Counted from the first letter of the stretch, positions 1 to 10,045 are shown. The stretch: 64,000 bases of DNA from Alphaproteobacteria bacterium (GCA_965216755.1 CBDCGL010000011.1:1088001-1152000); one strand, 5' to 3'. Numbers and translations are program-made. The notes: generated from the sequence alone by a model not told the origin.

Positions 1-2
1 AT

Positions 3-524
3 GGGGATATCAAACTGTTGGTGGCGACCGATGTCGCCGGACGCGGAATTGATGTTCAAGACCTGAGTCATGTTTTCAATTTCGACGTGCCGATCCACGC
101 TGAGGACTACGTCCACCGCATCGGACGCACCGGGCGGGCCGGGCGCGAAGGTCGGTCGTTCACGTTGGCGGCGCCCGAGGACGGAAAGTTTGTCCAGGCG
201 ATCACGTCTTTGATCGGCAAAGACATTGAATCCATCTCCATTGCCGGAATCGACGTCGCCGAACTGGAAGAAGGCGACGGACGGCGGCGCAGCGGGCGGA
301 CCCGACGAAGCAGCGCAAAGTCATCCACCGCAAAAAAAGATGGTAGTTCTACCGGTCGGAACCGAGATCGAACCGCGTCGAAACCGGCCAAGGGTGACGA
401 CAAGCCCCCGCGCCGCGCGACGAAAAAGAAGCCAGAAACGCGCAAGGAGCGGGACGAACCCGTCGTCGGCTTGGGCGATCACGTGCCTGCTTTCCTGCTG
501 ACACCGAGTCGACAGCCGCGCTAA
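3..524 (+). CDS. DEAD-box RNA helicase, RhlE-like (5'-truncated by window edge)
   Basis: Helicase motifs V/VI ([24 protein letters not shown]), basic tail, C-terminal [11 protein letters not shown]; frame is open to the window start. Confidence 0.93.
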   Translation, partial: GDIKLLVATDVAGRGIDVQDLSHVFNFDVPIHAEDYVHRIGRTGRAGREGRSFTLAAPEDGKFVQAITSLIGKDIESISIAGIDVAELEEGDGRRRSGRTRRSSAKSSTAKKDGSSTGRNRDRTASKPAKGDDKPPRRATKKKPETRKERDEPVVGLGDHVPAFLLTPSRQPR

Positions 525-560
525 CAGTCGCGCCGGCGCGAGGCAAAAAGGAACGCGCTC

Positions 561-803
561 ATGCAGACAATCTTTGTGTTTGTTAAGTGCGAACTCGGCC
601 GGGCCTACGAAACTGCCGACGATCTGGTTCAAAATGTCGAGGAAGTTTCCGAGGTCTATTCCGTTTCAGGCCAATATGATCTTATGATTAAGGCCTATTT
701 GGATGACGAAACCGATATCGGACATTTCGTCAATGAACGCGTGCATGGCTGCCGCGGAATTAAGGACACCTTCACGGTGATTACCTTCAAGGCGTTCAGG
801 TAG
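561..803 (+). CDS. Stand-alone Lrp/AsnC ligand-binding (RAM) domain protein
   Basis: 80 aa, EVYSVSGQYDLMIK motif, no HTH. Confidence 0.85.
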   Translation: MQTIFVFVKCELGRAYETADDLVQNVEEVSEVYSVSGQYDLMIKAYLDDETDIGHFVNERVHGCRGIKDTFTVITFKAFR

Positions 804-830
804 CACCGCGGGTGGCGCCACAGGTGCGAT

Positions 831-2180
831 GTGGCTGAGAGATCGTTCGACCTGTTGATCAAAGGCGGAACCTTGGTTCTGCCGGATGGGATTCGTCCTG
901 GCGACGTTGGGGTTGTCGCCGGCCGTATCGCGGCGATCGGCGCTTTGGCAGAATGGCCGCGCAAGAACGTGTTTCAAGCCGACGGGCTGCATGTGCTGCC
1001 AGGCGTCATCGACAGCCAGGTCCATTTTCGCGAACCCGGATCGGAGCACAAGGAAGACCTGGCCAGCGGCACTGCCGCGGCGGCCATGGGCGGCGTGACC
1101 GCAATTTTCGAAATGCCGAACACGACACCACCAACCACAACGACGGCTGCCCTTGACGACAAACTGCGGCGCGCGCGTGGCCGTGCGTGGGTCGACCATG
1201 CGTTTTTCGTTGGGGCAGCGGCCGACAATGTCGATCAACTGGGCCAGCTCGAAACACATCCGGGTTGCTGCGGCGTCAAGATATTCATGGGTTCGTCCAC
1301 CGGGTCCCTGTTGCTCGCCGACGACGAAACGTTGGAGAAAGTCTTAAGGTCGGGCCAATGCCGGGTTGCCGTGCATGCTGAGGATGAAGCCCGGCTGGTG
1401 GCGCGCCACGAGATCGCAGTCAACGCAGCAGACCCGGCCGCACATCCGGAATGGCGTGACGTTGAAAGTGCAGCCATGGCGACCCGGCGCATCATTGCGC
1501 TCTCCGCGCGGACGGGGCGGCCGGTCCACGTGCTGCACATCACGACGGCCGACGAAATGGCGCTATTGCGCCAGGCCCCGCCGCAGGTCTCCGTCGAATG
1601 CACGCCCCAGCACTTAACCTTGGTCGCGCCCGACTGCTACGATCAGCTCGGAACCCTGGCACAAATGAATCCACCAATTCGTACAACCGCACATCGCGAT
1701 GGCTTGTGGGACGCCATCCGCGATGGCACGGTCGACATGGTTGGATCCGATCACGCGCCTCATACGCGCGACGAAAAGTCCCGCCCCTATCCCGAAAGCC
1801 CGTCGGGCATGCCCGGTGTACAGACGCTGTTGCCGATCATGCTCGACCATGTGCACGCTGGTCGGCTGACGCTTGAACGATTGGTCGATTTGATCGCCGG
1901 CGCACCGGCACGGCTGTACGATGCGCGCGGCAAGGGTAGCCTGCGGGTCGGCAATGATGCCGACTTCTCGATCGTCGACTTAGGTGCCAAGCGAACGATC
2001 GAAGAGAGGTGGATCGTGAGCAAGTGTGGCTGGACACCGTTTGCCGGACGCGCCGTGACGGGTTGGCCGATCGCGACGATCGTTCGCGGCATCGTCGTCA
2101 TGCGCGACGATGGATTGGTCGGTACCCCACAAGGCCAGCCCATCAGCTTTGGTCATACCAGTCACGTGCAGGTCCACTAG
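831..2180 (+). CDS. pyrC: Dihydroorotase (cyclic amidohydrolase family)
   Basis: PGVIDSQVHFREPG, EMPNT, HAEDE, MNPPIR, GSDHAPH motifs. Confidence 0.85.
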   Translation: MAERSFDLLIKGGTLVLPDGIRPGDVGVVAGRIAAIGALAEWPRKNVFQADGLHVLPGVIDSQVHFREPGSEHKEDLASGTAAAAMGGVTAIFEMPNTTPPTTTTAALDDKLRRARGRAWVDHAFFVGAAADNVDQLGQLETHPGCCGVKIFMGSSTGSLLLADDETLEKVLRSGQCRVAVHAEDEARLVARHEIAVNAADPAAHPEWRDVESAAMATRRIIALSARTGRPVHVLHITTADEMALLRQAPPQVSVECTPQHLTLVAPDCYDQLGTLAQMNPPIRTTAHRDGLWDAIRDGTVDMVGSDHAPHTRDEKSRPYPESPSGMPGVQTLLPIMLDHVHAGRLTLERLVDLIAGAPARLYDARGKGSLRVGNDADFSIVDLGAKRTIEERWIVSKCGWTPFAGRAVTGWPIATIVRGIVVMRDDGLVGTPQGQPISFGHTSHVQVH

Positions 2181-2183
2181 CAG

Positions 2184-2846
2184 ATGAACGCCGTGCGCAA
2201 GCAACGTGCAAGCGACTCGCCGGGAGTTCGGTCACCGGCACTGGTGGGCTGGATTGCAATTGGCATTTTTGCCGCTCTCGGCCCCGTCATGGCCCGGGCG
2301 CAGACCTTCGATACGCCAGAGGGATTTGCCATGACCATCGAACGGACGACTAGGTTGGGTGACGCGCATACGATCCTGAGAGTTCAGCCGAGTGACGGCG
2401 CATTTGCCCGCCTTAGTTCAATCGAAATGCAGCCATTGCCCGATGCAATCGAAGATCCGGACAGCTGGCTAACCGATCGCATGCGTATTGATTTTGGCGA
2501 TCCGATTGACGAAGATGGCCTCGATGAGTTATTCGACAGCCCGGATACGCCATTTTACGGCGATGATTTCGAAACCCTTCGTGAGGTCTTGCGGGACTTG
2601 ACGCGTAAGTTTGAAGACTTGGGCGAATGGCCGTTGTCGTTTTGCGATGATCCCGACGATGCCCGCACCCAGGCGGGCACAGCGCGCCAACTTTCTTGCG
2701 TCTACGCCCTCGGCCCGCTTCAGCAATTCGTTGTGCTCCGCCTACAGGTCGTTGATGACATCTGGTACTACACCGTCATCAAGTCGATGAACGAACGGCG
2801 CCTGCGTCACCTGACGGCCATCGCGAATTCGTTTCAGGTGGAGTGA
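2184..2846 (+). CDS. Hypothetical exported acidic protein
   Basis: Hydrophobic N-terminal segment ending ARA-Q; starts 3 bp after the pyrC stop. Confidence 0.65.
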   Translation: MNAVRKQRASDSPGVRSPALVGWIAIGIFAALGPVMARAQTFDTPEGFAMTIERTTRLGDAHTILRVQPSDGAFARLSSIEMQPLPDAIEDPDSWLTDRMRIDFGDPIDEDGLDELFDSPDTPFYGDDFETLREVLRDLTRKFEDLGEWPLSFCDDPDDARTQAGTARQLSCVYALGPLQQFVVLRLQVVDDIWYYTVIKSMNERRLRHLTAIANSFQVE

Positions 2847-3638
2847 GACAACACAACACCACGACCATCCAGCGTCTTTGATCCGGGCGTCACGCGACCC
2901 TTCGAATAGCGTCTACTTGGTCCACGACGTCATGCAGCGCCCAATTCACATGCTGCGGCGAAACCGGCCGGACAACAGCAATACCAAGTGCGACATCGGT
3001 CTCCGCTGGCCAAACGATCGCCAACTCCGCGCCGCATGCGCGGGATAGCAACGTACAGCGCATGGCTGCGCAAAGACGAGCCAAATTATTGCCCCATCAA
3101 CTATACCCGACAACTATCATGGAAACGTGCAAAATGGCTCACTGTTTCGGTGGGCTTTTTTTATTGCTTATCAGTGGACCTCCCGGCGTTCAAGTCAAAT
3201 ATCCATCAGGCTTGATACAAGTACCCATTTAGATGCTCAAACATTTCACATCTAAGTGATCAAGATAACGAATAAATCACTACTATTCGTTGCTCATAAG
3301 ACAGCAATCACCCGGAGTGGTCGTATGTTACCGTTTGCGCCTCCAAGCCGGAACCCGCAGACCATGGGATCCCCGATTTGTGACCGCCAACCGGTCCACA
3401 ATAGCCATCAAACTTGGACCAACGCATCGTCATTTTTTGTGTTCCAACAACTTGCGCACAGCAGGACGATCCCTTTCTCAATCGACTGCCTTCCCATGCC
3501 GTTAACAAAGCCAACCGGCCGTAATCATCCGTCGTGCGCCGAACACAGTGTCATTCGGTAAATGTCATCATGGCTCGGCAGTCGCCTGCACAAGCAAAAC
3601 GAAAACAAACGTGCATTTCATTTTTTGGGTAGATTAAC

Positions 3639-5999
3639 ATGCCCCGTAGTTCCCTCTGGCGACTATATTTATTTCTCTTCGTGTGTTCGCTGGCACTTCT
3701 GTACGGAATCGGGCGCAAAACAACAACTCACCTTGAAGATATGGCAGTTGAAGAACTCACCCATTACCACCAACTGATTCACAGCGCCGCGATTGCCAAG
3801 CTCACTCAGCAATCAGCGATGCTGAGGATACTCAGCCGCCGCTTGGTGAATATCGGCATAGACAACGTTGACTCCGTAAAGGACGCAATGGATGAGGTTT
3901 TATTAGACTACCCTGCTTTCGTGGCCTGTAGTCTGTCCACGACTGAGGGGCAAGTAATATTTAGCTCTCTAAGCCTTGACAACACAACGCTGCCCAATCT
4001 GCTTCAAAGCTCAAACGCTCGCGAAACTTTCCAAGAAATGCTCAAAAAAGACGGCATGGTAATTGGCCGCACTCATTTCTTTTCGCCCATCAACCAATGG
4101 ATTATTCCGTTACATCATGCAATTCGCGACGACACTGGCAACGCAATTGGTGTCGTTTCAGCTGCCATTTCCGTCGATAGCCAATTCAATCCGTGGAAAA
4201 TTGGTGGGTTGCCAGAAGGTCTTGCGATTTCTATTACTAAAGACAAAAATAGCGCCAATGAATATTACCCACAATACAATTATCCACCTATTGGAAAAAA
4301 CGAATTAGAGAAAACTGCATATTATGCCACACCTATCCCTGACGACGTGGTTGTTCAAGCCAAGCAACGAATAGCAGCTGCGGCCAATACTGACTTCGCA
4401 ACATTCCAAGAACGGGAGATTGCCGTTCACTGGATCTTCGAAGACCCTTGGAAAGGTACGGACGATCTCGATGTCATCGCCTACAATAAGGAATTTGAGA
4501 TCTTCATCGCTGTTAATCGAAACCATGAACTTGTCAACAAGGCAGTCTGGGCAAAATGGGTCCAATATGCCAGCGTATTTCTAATATTCAATCTAGCCCT
4601 TTACCATATAATTCGCCGTTTCGAACAAGTTCAGAAGAGGTCGAAGGCGTTATTAGAGCACCAAGCTGTTCATGACCAATTGACCAACTTGCCGAATCGC
4701 TATTATTTGGAACAGCAATTCCCAAACTGGAAGAATCAAATCGCAGGGGGTTACGCCGTTGTCTTTCTCGACATGGACAACTTCAAGGCCATTAACGACT
4801 ATTACGGCCACGCAACCGGTGACAAAATCCTTAAAGTATTGGCGGCACGATTGGAGAAAAACGCCCCAAATCATGCTTTGGCGATTAGACAGGGCGGCGA
4901 TGAGTTTATTATACTAATACCTGATGACAACGCGCAGCGCATTGAATGTTATGTTAGATCCCTTTGCGATGAACTGCGGGAGAGTATCCATGTCGACGGG
5001 TTAGTCTTCATTCTAACCGGAAGCATCGGCATAGCAATATCGCAACTGCCGAACGATCCACTCGGTGAGCTCTTGAAGAACGCCGATATGGCTATGTATG
5101 AAGCAAAACGGCACTGTAGTGAGTATGCATTTTTCAGCGGCGCTTTAAAAGAAATCAGCAATGAGAGGACACAGATAGAAGAAGCACTTCACTACGCATT
5201 GGACAACGGTCAGATGTTCATGGTGTATCAACCCCAGATTCAGGCGAATACCAGGAGACTTCACGGAGTTGAGGCCCTGATACGATGGGCACACCCCACT
5301 ATGGGCCTCATCCCTCCAGACAAGTTCATTCCTTTGGCTGAGTCATCCGGCAAAATCAATGAGATAGGTGACTTTATTGTCGATACCGCGCTTAGAGAAA
5401 TGAGTGAAATCCGGTCCGGCGTCTCGCCATTTAGCGTGTCCATTAATGTCTCAGTTCGTCAACTTCATAATTTTGGTTTCTGTAAACTTATTAGGAACAA
5501 ATCAATTGAATATGGCATTTGTCCAACGAACATAACGATTGAGATTACCGAAAGCCTTTTCATTGATGACTTTGAGCAGATCAAAGACATACTGACAGAA
5601 ATAAAAAGTTACGGTTTTAGGATTTCTCTGGACGATTTTGGAACTGGGTACTCCTCATTGAGCGTCTTGCGAGAATTACCAATAGATGAAATCAAAATTG
5701 ACAAGAGCTTTGTACAAGGCGTTCAGGCGGATCAGCGTGGCCTCGCCTTCATTGACAGCATTATCGGCATTGGCCACAGTCTTGGCATTCCTTCCGTGGC
5801 CGAGGGTTTAGAGAACATGGCGGACGTTGTTTCGCTAAGTGCTTGTGGTTGCGATTTGTTTCAGGGCTATTTCTTTGCCAGGCCGATGAAAAAACAGAGA
5901 CTCATTTCATACATGGATGATTTTACGCCTTGCGACATACCTACGTCCGGGCGCTCGAAATCGCTGTCGCTTCCAGTAAAAGAGTCGGTCAATGGCTAG
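3639..5999 (+). CDS. Membrane-bound diguanylate cyclase/phosphodiesterase (Cache-like sensor, GGDEF, EAL)
   Basis: Two TM segments flanking a periplasmic domain; HDQLTNLPNR, RQGGDEF, VEALIRW, DDFGTGYSS, KIDKSFV, QGYFF. Confidence 0.93.
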   Translation: MPRSSLWRLYLFLFVCSLALLYGIGRKTTTHLEDMAVEELTHYHQLIHSAAIAKLTQQSAMLRILSRRLVNIGIDNVDSVKDAMDEVLLDYPAFVACSLSTTEGQVIFSSLSLDNTTLPNLLQSSNARETFQEMLKKDGMVIGRTHFFSPINQWIIPLHHAIRDDTGNAIGVVSAAISVDSQFNPWKIGGLPEGLAISITKDKNSANEYYPQYNYPPIGKNELEKTAYYATPIPDDVVVQAKQRIAAAANTDFATFQEREIAVHWIFEDPWKGTDDLDVIAYNKEFEIFIAVNRNHELVNKAVWAKWVQYASVFLIFNLALYHIIRRFEQVQKRSKALLEHQAVHDQLTNLPNRYYLEQQFPNWKNQIAGGYAVVFLDMDNFKAINDYYGHATGDKILKVLAARLEKNAPNHALAIRQGGDEFIILIPDDNAQRIECYVRSLCDELRESIHVDGLVFILTGSIGIAISQLPNDPLGELLKNADMAMYEAKRHCSEYAFFSGALKEISNERTQIEEALHYALDNGQMFMVYQPQIQANTRRLHGVEALIRWAHPTMGLIPPDKFIPLAESSGKINEIGDFIVDTALREMSEIRSGVSPFSVSINVSVRQLHNFGFCKLIRNKSIEYGICPTNITIEITESLFIDDFEQIKDILTEIKSYGFRISLDDFGTGYSSLSVLRELPIDEIKIDKSFVQGVQADQRGLAFIDSIIGIGHSLGIPSVAEGLENMADVVSLSACGCDLFQGYFFARPMKKQRLISYMDDFTPCDIPTSGRSKSLSLPVKESVNG

Positions 6000-6147
6000 A
6001 AAGGCAAGCCGCATGGACGGGCCGGTCGGCGGTTGGAGTACGATGTCCGTTGGCCTTTACGCCATATCTGAAATTCGCATCGCGCTTGGTATGCATAAGC
6101 CGTTGCGGTAATCTTAGGAAATGAGTCCCTGAGAGGTACGCATGATA

Positions 6148-7002
6148 TCACTCCCCTCGTAACCTCTCTGCCCCCGACAGGCGGTCGCTGAAGGTGCGTT
6201 TGTCAGGCGGCAAAACTTGTAGAGCCTCGTGTTCGATGTCCATCTCGGCCCACAACAGACGGCGGCAACCGGCGAGCATCAAAGTGCCGTCGTAAAGCTG
6301 AAATAATTTGCTTTCAAACTGCCCGGGGTCGTGCATGGCATCGATGTCGTTGTCGGCAATCTGAAACACCGGAAACAAATCGGCGCGCACGAACAACGCG
6401 TTGATCTCGGTGGTTGCGACCAACTCATAACCTTTGTCCTTACCGAGCGCGATGAGCGCGCGCAACGACGAACCTTGGCGAACGGCCGGATCGGGATCCT
6501 GAACAAAATAGATGTCGTTTGGGATCGTCGGGTTAAATTCCACCACGATCGCACGTGGCTGGTAGCGCGATAACGACCGCCAAATATGCCAGTCCAGGCC
6601 ATCGACATCGATGCTGAGCAAATCGAAGTCGACGGGGATGCGAGTCGCGGCCAATATACTGTCGAGATCGTCGGGCGGCGCCAGGCCGACAAAACGCTCA
6701 ACTAATTCGACCGCATCACGTTTGCCGTGGGTCGCCTGAAGATCGCGAAACTTTTCCGGATCCCCTTCGATCAGAACACCGCGCCACCCATGGCTGGTGA
6801 TCAAATTCCAGGTATTGGAAAAATGTCGCCCGTCCCAAGCGCCAAATTCAACACACCATTTGTTCTCTGCGCCGGCCATCGAGAAAATGCGCTCAATAAT
6901 GCCGTCCTCGCCGGCTTGAGAGGTGACGTTTCGACGTACGATGTCTAAATACGTGCTTTCCGACTTCACGCGCGACCGCGGTTCGTAACGAAGATTCGGC
7001 AT
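6148..7002 (-). CDS. FkbM-like SAM-dependent methyltransferase family protein
   Basis: SQAGEDGII, CVEFGAWDG, DLLSIDVDGLD, VVEFNP motifs. Confidence 0.7.
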   Translation of the reverse strand: MPNLRYEPRSRVKSESTYLDIVRRNVTSQAGEDGIIERIFSMAGAENKWCVEFGAWDGRHFSNTWNLITSHGWRGVLIEGDPEKFRDLQATHGKRDAVELVERFVGLAPPDDLDSILAATRIPVDFDLLSIDVDGLDWHIWRSLSRYQPRAIVVEFNPTIPNDIYFVQDPDPAVRQGSSLRALIALGKDKGYELVATTEINALFVRADLFPVFQIADNDIDAMHDPGQFESKLFQLYDGTLMLAGCRRLLWAEMDIEHEALQVLPPDKRTFSDRLSGAERLRGE

Positions 7003-7239
7003 CGATGGTTTCTGATGATTTTACAGACGCGTTAGGTTACAAAATACTCGTGCCTCAATCACGGTGCAAGACAATGATTGCGACGACTTCGACAACATGG
7101 CTAACCACATTCGACGCAGCCCGAGACATGCGACCTGAGAACTCCACAAGATCTGGTCGCCGTATCACATTGTAGAATAACGATATGCTCGCATCTGTCG
7201 CAGTTCAGACGACCTCGGCGTGCACCGCGGCAACAGAGC

Positions 7240-7767
7240 TTAATTGATGTCGTAATCCTCGAACTTTTCTGCCGCCAGAACGTACCCGGTGTCTGCCAGG
7301 GCTGTTGCCATCGTCAACACACCGAAGGCCCCAGTGACAGCGACCGGGTCAAACAGCGCCTCAAGTTGGTAGGGTTTCTCCGTCGTCACAAAGACAATTT
7401 GGTTGGGTGGCGGCGGCGGCACGTGAATACACGCGCCATAGTAGGGCACGAGGAGGAATTCGGTGCCCCCTTCGGACGTCAAATCCAGAGGAACCAGGTA
7501 GCCGGCCAGGCGTATCGTCTTACCGTTGTAATCCGTGACCACGTCGGCATCTCCTGGCCCGGAGTCCTTAAGCTTTGAGATCTGTTCATGTTCGACAATG
7601 CCAAACATGCCTTGGATATCAGCATTCGTGCTGCCAGCCTGGGCCGGAACCAGGTCCTGCCAATTGATCTCGACTACCTCGCCGGCGGCAGCCATCGCCG
7701 ACGCCCAAAGCATCGCGGCCATGGTCAAGCCAACTACAACAATTTCGATGCCAAAACGTTTCATCAC
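7240..7767 (-). CDS. DUF3299 family exported protein (ZrgD-like)
   Basis: Signal peptide; INWQDLVP, GYLVPLD, EFLLVPYYGACIHVPPPPPNQIV signature. Confidence 0.9.
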   Translation of the reverse strand: MMKRFGIEIVVVGLTMAAMLWASAMAAAGEVVEINWQDLVPAQAGSTNADIQGMFGIVEHEQISKLKDSGPGDADVVTDYNGKTIRLAGYLVPLDLTSEGGTEFLLVPYYGACIHVPPPPPNQIVFVTTEKPYQLEALFDPVAVTGAFGVLTMATALADTGYVLAAEKFEDYDIN

Positions 7768-7815
7768 TCAGTCTCCCTCGCCCCATTTCTTACCGCGCGC
7801 CGCCGCCCCGTTTGG

Positions 7816-8400
7816 CTAGATCAACCCGCCCAGATCGAGATTTCTGCTGTCGCGGTCGATCGCGTGCGCGGACTGGCCCTTGTCCGTGATAAGACTGACC
7901 GTGAGTTCCTCAGCCGCCGGGAACTGATCGAAATACGCAAAGTCTATCGAAGAAATTTTTTCCGGATCCGAACAAGACAACGCATATTCCGCGTGAAACT
8001 CGTTGTGGTTCGCCTCGCCCGCGGCGCCGTGCTCATCATGTTGGTTATGTTCGTCTTCCGCCGCGTGATCATCGGCCTCGTCGCCGACGATCGCCACCTG
8101 GCTCGACTCCACGGCGCAACCCGCCGCGTCCGGGAAAACCATAATATCCAGCGGCCGGGCCAGAACAGATCTTGCGACTTCGACCGACGCTTTGTCGTCA
8201 TCGCTCACCGCGGCGTGCTCAAATCCGACAATGTCGGCGCCCGGCACTTCGAGCTCCATCCATACGGAACCACCCTCAATCGCGATGTTCAGCGCCCCAT
8301 GACCATGTTCGTGGGCGTCAAGTTCGCGCCGGTCCTCGTCTGCAATCGCCGGCCCGATCCAAAGTACGGTCGCCAAGCCCGCCCAAGTAAGATTGCGCAT
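7816..8400 (-). CDS. zrgA: DUF2796 periplasmic zinc-binding protein (ZrgA-like)
   Basis: Signal peptide; AHEHGHG, PGADIVGFEH, His/Asp/Glu-rich loop, HNEFHAEYALSC. Confidence 0.88.
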   Translation of the reverse strand: MRNLTWAGLATVLWIGPAIADEDRRELDAHEHGHGALNIAIEGGSVWMELEVPGADIVGFEHAAVSDDDKASVEVARSVLARPLDIMVFPDAAGCAVESSQVAIVGDEADDHAAEDEHNQHDEHGAAGEANHNEFHAEYALSCSDPEKISSIDFAYFDQFPAAEELTVSLITDKGQSAHAIDRDSRNLDLGGLI

Positions 8401-8413
8401 TTGGTAAAATCCT

Positions 8414-8501
8414 CATCTGATTGTCTGTTCCAAGCGCGCCAACCGGGCGTTGTTCGCGCGAACAACCCCGAGAGACCCGCGATCAAAAAATCAATCAGAT
8501 G
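8414..8501 (-). promoter_or_regulatory. Nested stem-loop linking the leader-ORF stop to the zrgA SD (putative translational attenuator)
   Basis: Perfect 10-bp inverted repeat CATCTGATTG (8414-8423) / CAATCAGATG (8492-8501) enclosing an 18-bp palindrome GTTGTTCGCGCGAACAAC (8449-8466); the 3' arm abuts and overlaps GAGGA. Confidence 0.7.
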
Positions 8502-8803
8502 TGTGGCGGCGCGCGAATGCGGACACGGAGGGAGCGGTCATATTCCGGCGCCGCTAGCGCCGTGCGCACACTGCGGACTCGCCAAGCGCGAGGCAGCGGA
8601 CAATTTGGCGCCGCCGCCAATAGGCTTGGCGGGAACACCGCCAATTGACAGGCCTCCGAGGCTTCCGAATCAAAATGATCGTCGGCGTGCGCCGCCACGT
8701 CATGCAGCCACGCATGTAACCAGCCAGCAACGAGGCAGGCCGCCGCAAACCAAACGAGTCCACGGCCTTGGTGGCGGATAGGCTGAATCACACCATGGCG
8801 CAT
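8495..8803 (-). CDS. Leader protein with TM/signal segment, His/Cys motif and C-terminal RAPP (DUF2946/DUF2607-like putative arrest peptide)
   Basis: LVWFAAACLVAGWL, HAWLHDVAAHADDH...ACQL, ends RIRAPPHI-stop directly upstream of zrgA. Confidence 0.75.
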   Translation of the reverse strand: MRHGVIQPIRHQGRGLVWFAAACLVAGWLHAWLHDVAAHADDHFDSEASEACQLAVFPPSLLAAAPNCPLPRAWRVRSVRTALAAPEYDRSLRVRIRAPPHI

Positions 8804-8876
8804 AACGCCCTGATCCTAACAGACCTCTCCGCGCGATGCTCCAGAATGTTACGCGCGACGTTGTCCGATTGGCCGA

Positions 8877-9542
8877 TCAGCCACCGGCGCCGTGCGTGCC
8901 GCGAAATGGCGCGATCAAGGCCTTCAAGTCGTTGATACGGGCTGTCGGTAACACGACGACGGCAAAACTGCCGAACTCCATGGCATATCGGCCAGCATCA
9001 TCCGGGGCCTCATCACCAACGAAATAACGTATCAGCGGTCGTGGCGACGCTACATCGTCATAGAAGGAAATCGTCATTTCCGGCCGCAGCACGCCATAGT
9101 CCTGCACGGCGCCACCAGCATCGATATCCCGTATGACTGTGGCGCCGGCAAACGCGCTCAATGAAATGCCGATCGTCGCCGCGCGACCTCGACCAACGCC
9201 TTCGGTTACTGCGCTCTGACGGCCAGTCGTGTTGCCTTGAGATCCAGAAGCGACGTAAGACCAGTGCCCCCTGCTCGCCCGTACGAAACGATACGTCGTG
9301 CCATCGACGTCGATCTCCGCGGCCGCAATCTTATCGAACGACGCCGGAACCAACGGCCGCCCCGTATCTGCTTTTGGCCGTAGATGAAGGTGGGCGCTCG
9401 GCAAGATATCGATAACGCCATACAATTGCAGCCCAACACCCACGCCCAACAGCCCAACGGCCAACACACCGATCCACCGAGCGCCAATCGCCACGTCATT
9501 TACCCCGAATTTGCATCCAAGCCAAACACACCATCGGCGCAA
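8877..9542 (-). CDS. Membrane-anchored hypothetical protein (DUF4340-like)
   Basis: N-terminal TM, QDYGVLRP and VGDEAPD motifs; start uncertain. Confidence 0.55.
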   Translation of the reverse strand: MRRWCVWLGCKFGVNDVAIGARWIGVLAVGLLGVGVGLQLYGVIDILPSAHLHLRPKADTGRPLVPASFDKIAAAEIDVDGTTYRFVRASRGHWSYVASGSQGNTTGRQSAVTEGVGRGRAATIGISLSAFAGATVIRDIDAGGAVQDYGVLRPEMTISFYDDVASPRPLIRYFVGDEAPDDAGRYAMEFGSFAVVVLPTARINDLKALIAPFRGTHGAGG

Positions 9543-9899
9543 AGTGTCACATGCGTTCTGATATTTCCATGGTCGCGACCGATTCTGTTATCGCATCAAT
9601 TTGCGCCATATCACAGACACCACAAGGCAGATTGCCTGGCGAAGCCCTACCGCGCATGGCTCCACAGCCAACGTCGCACCAATGATGCTCGCACCCGCTG
9701 CGACAAACCGCGATCGATACTATCCGATGATATCATGTCCGGCTTTTATTTAGTTACCTTAGTTTTACGCTACTCATTATCCTGCATAAGTTATATGCGG
9801 CAATTGGAGCAGTGTCCGACAATATTGAACCAAGCGTATAACCTTCCGGGATGCGAAAAATCTCGAGTGCCACACCGCTTGCAGCCGCGACCGAAATCA

Positions 9900-10043
9900 A
9901 CGCTCAAAGCCCAAATTGCTGAACAAGACCAGTTGGGTGACGCCGCACACCAGGACTTCGACGCCTCCGGCGCCCTTAAAGTCAAATCCGCTGCATTGCG
10001 CGACGAAGTCGTGAAATTCCTGGGTAAGGTTCGGGCGGCCTGA
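9900..10043 (+). pseudogene. C-terminal remnant of a methyl-accepting chemotaxis protein
   Basis: GDAAHQDFDASGALKVKSAALRDEVVKFLGKVRAA-stop resembles the typical alphaproteobacterial MCP C-terminus; the upstream frame shows no MCP similarity. Confidence 0.65.
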
Positions 10044-10045
10044 TC

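Noticed and set aside
7588-8781. 397-aa plus-strand ORF
   Set aside because: Antisense shadow of zrgD/zrgA/leader; Arg-rich with no recognisable motifs
8845-8865. Possible Zur box (AATGTTAC-GC-GCGACGTT) upstream of the RAPP leader
   Set aside because: Only one half-site resembles the consensus; too degenerate to call without a PWM
9384-9900. N-terminal part of the 219-aa ORF 9384-10043
   Set aside because: Overlaps the opposite-strand gene and looks non-coding; only the last ~40 codons are MCP-like
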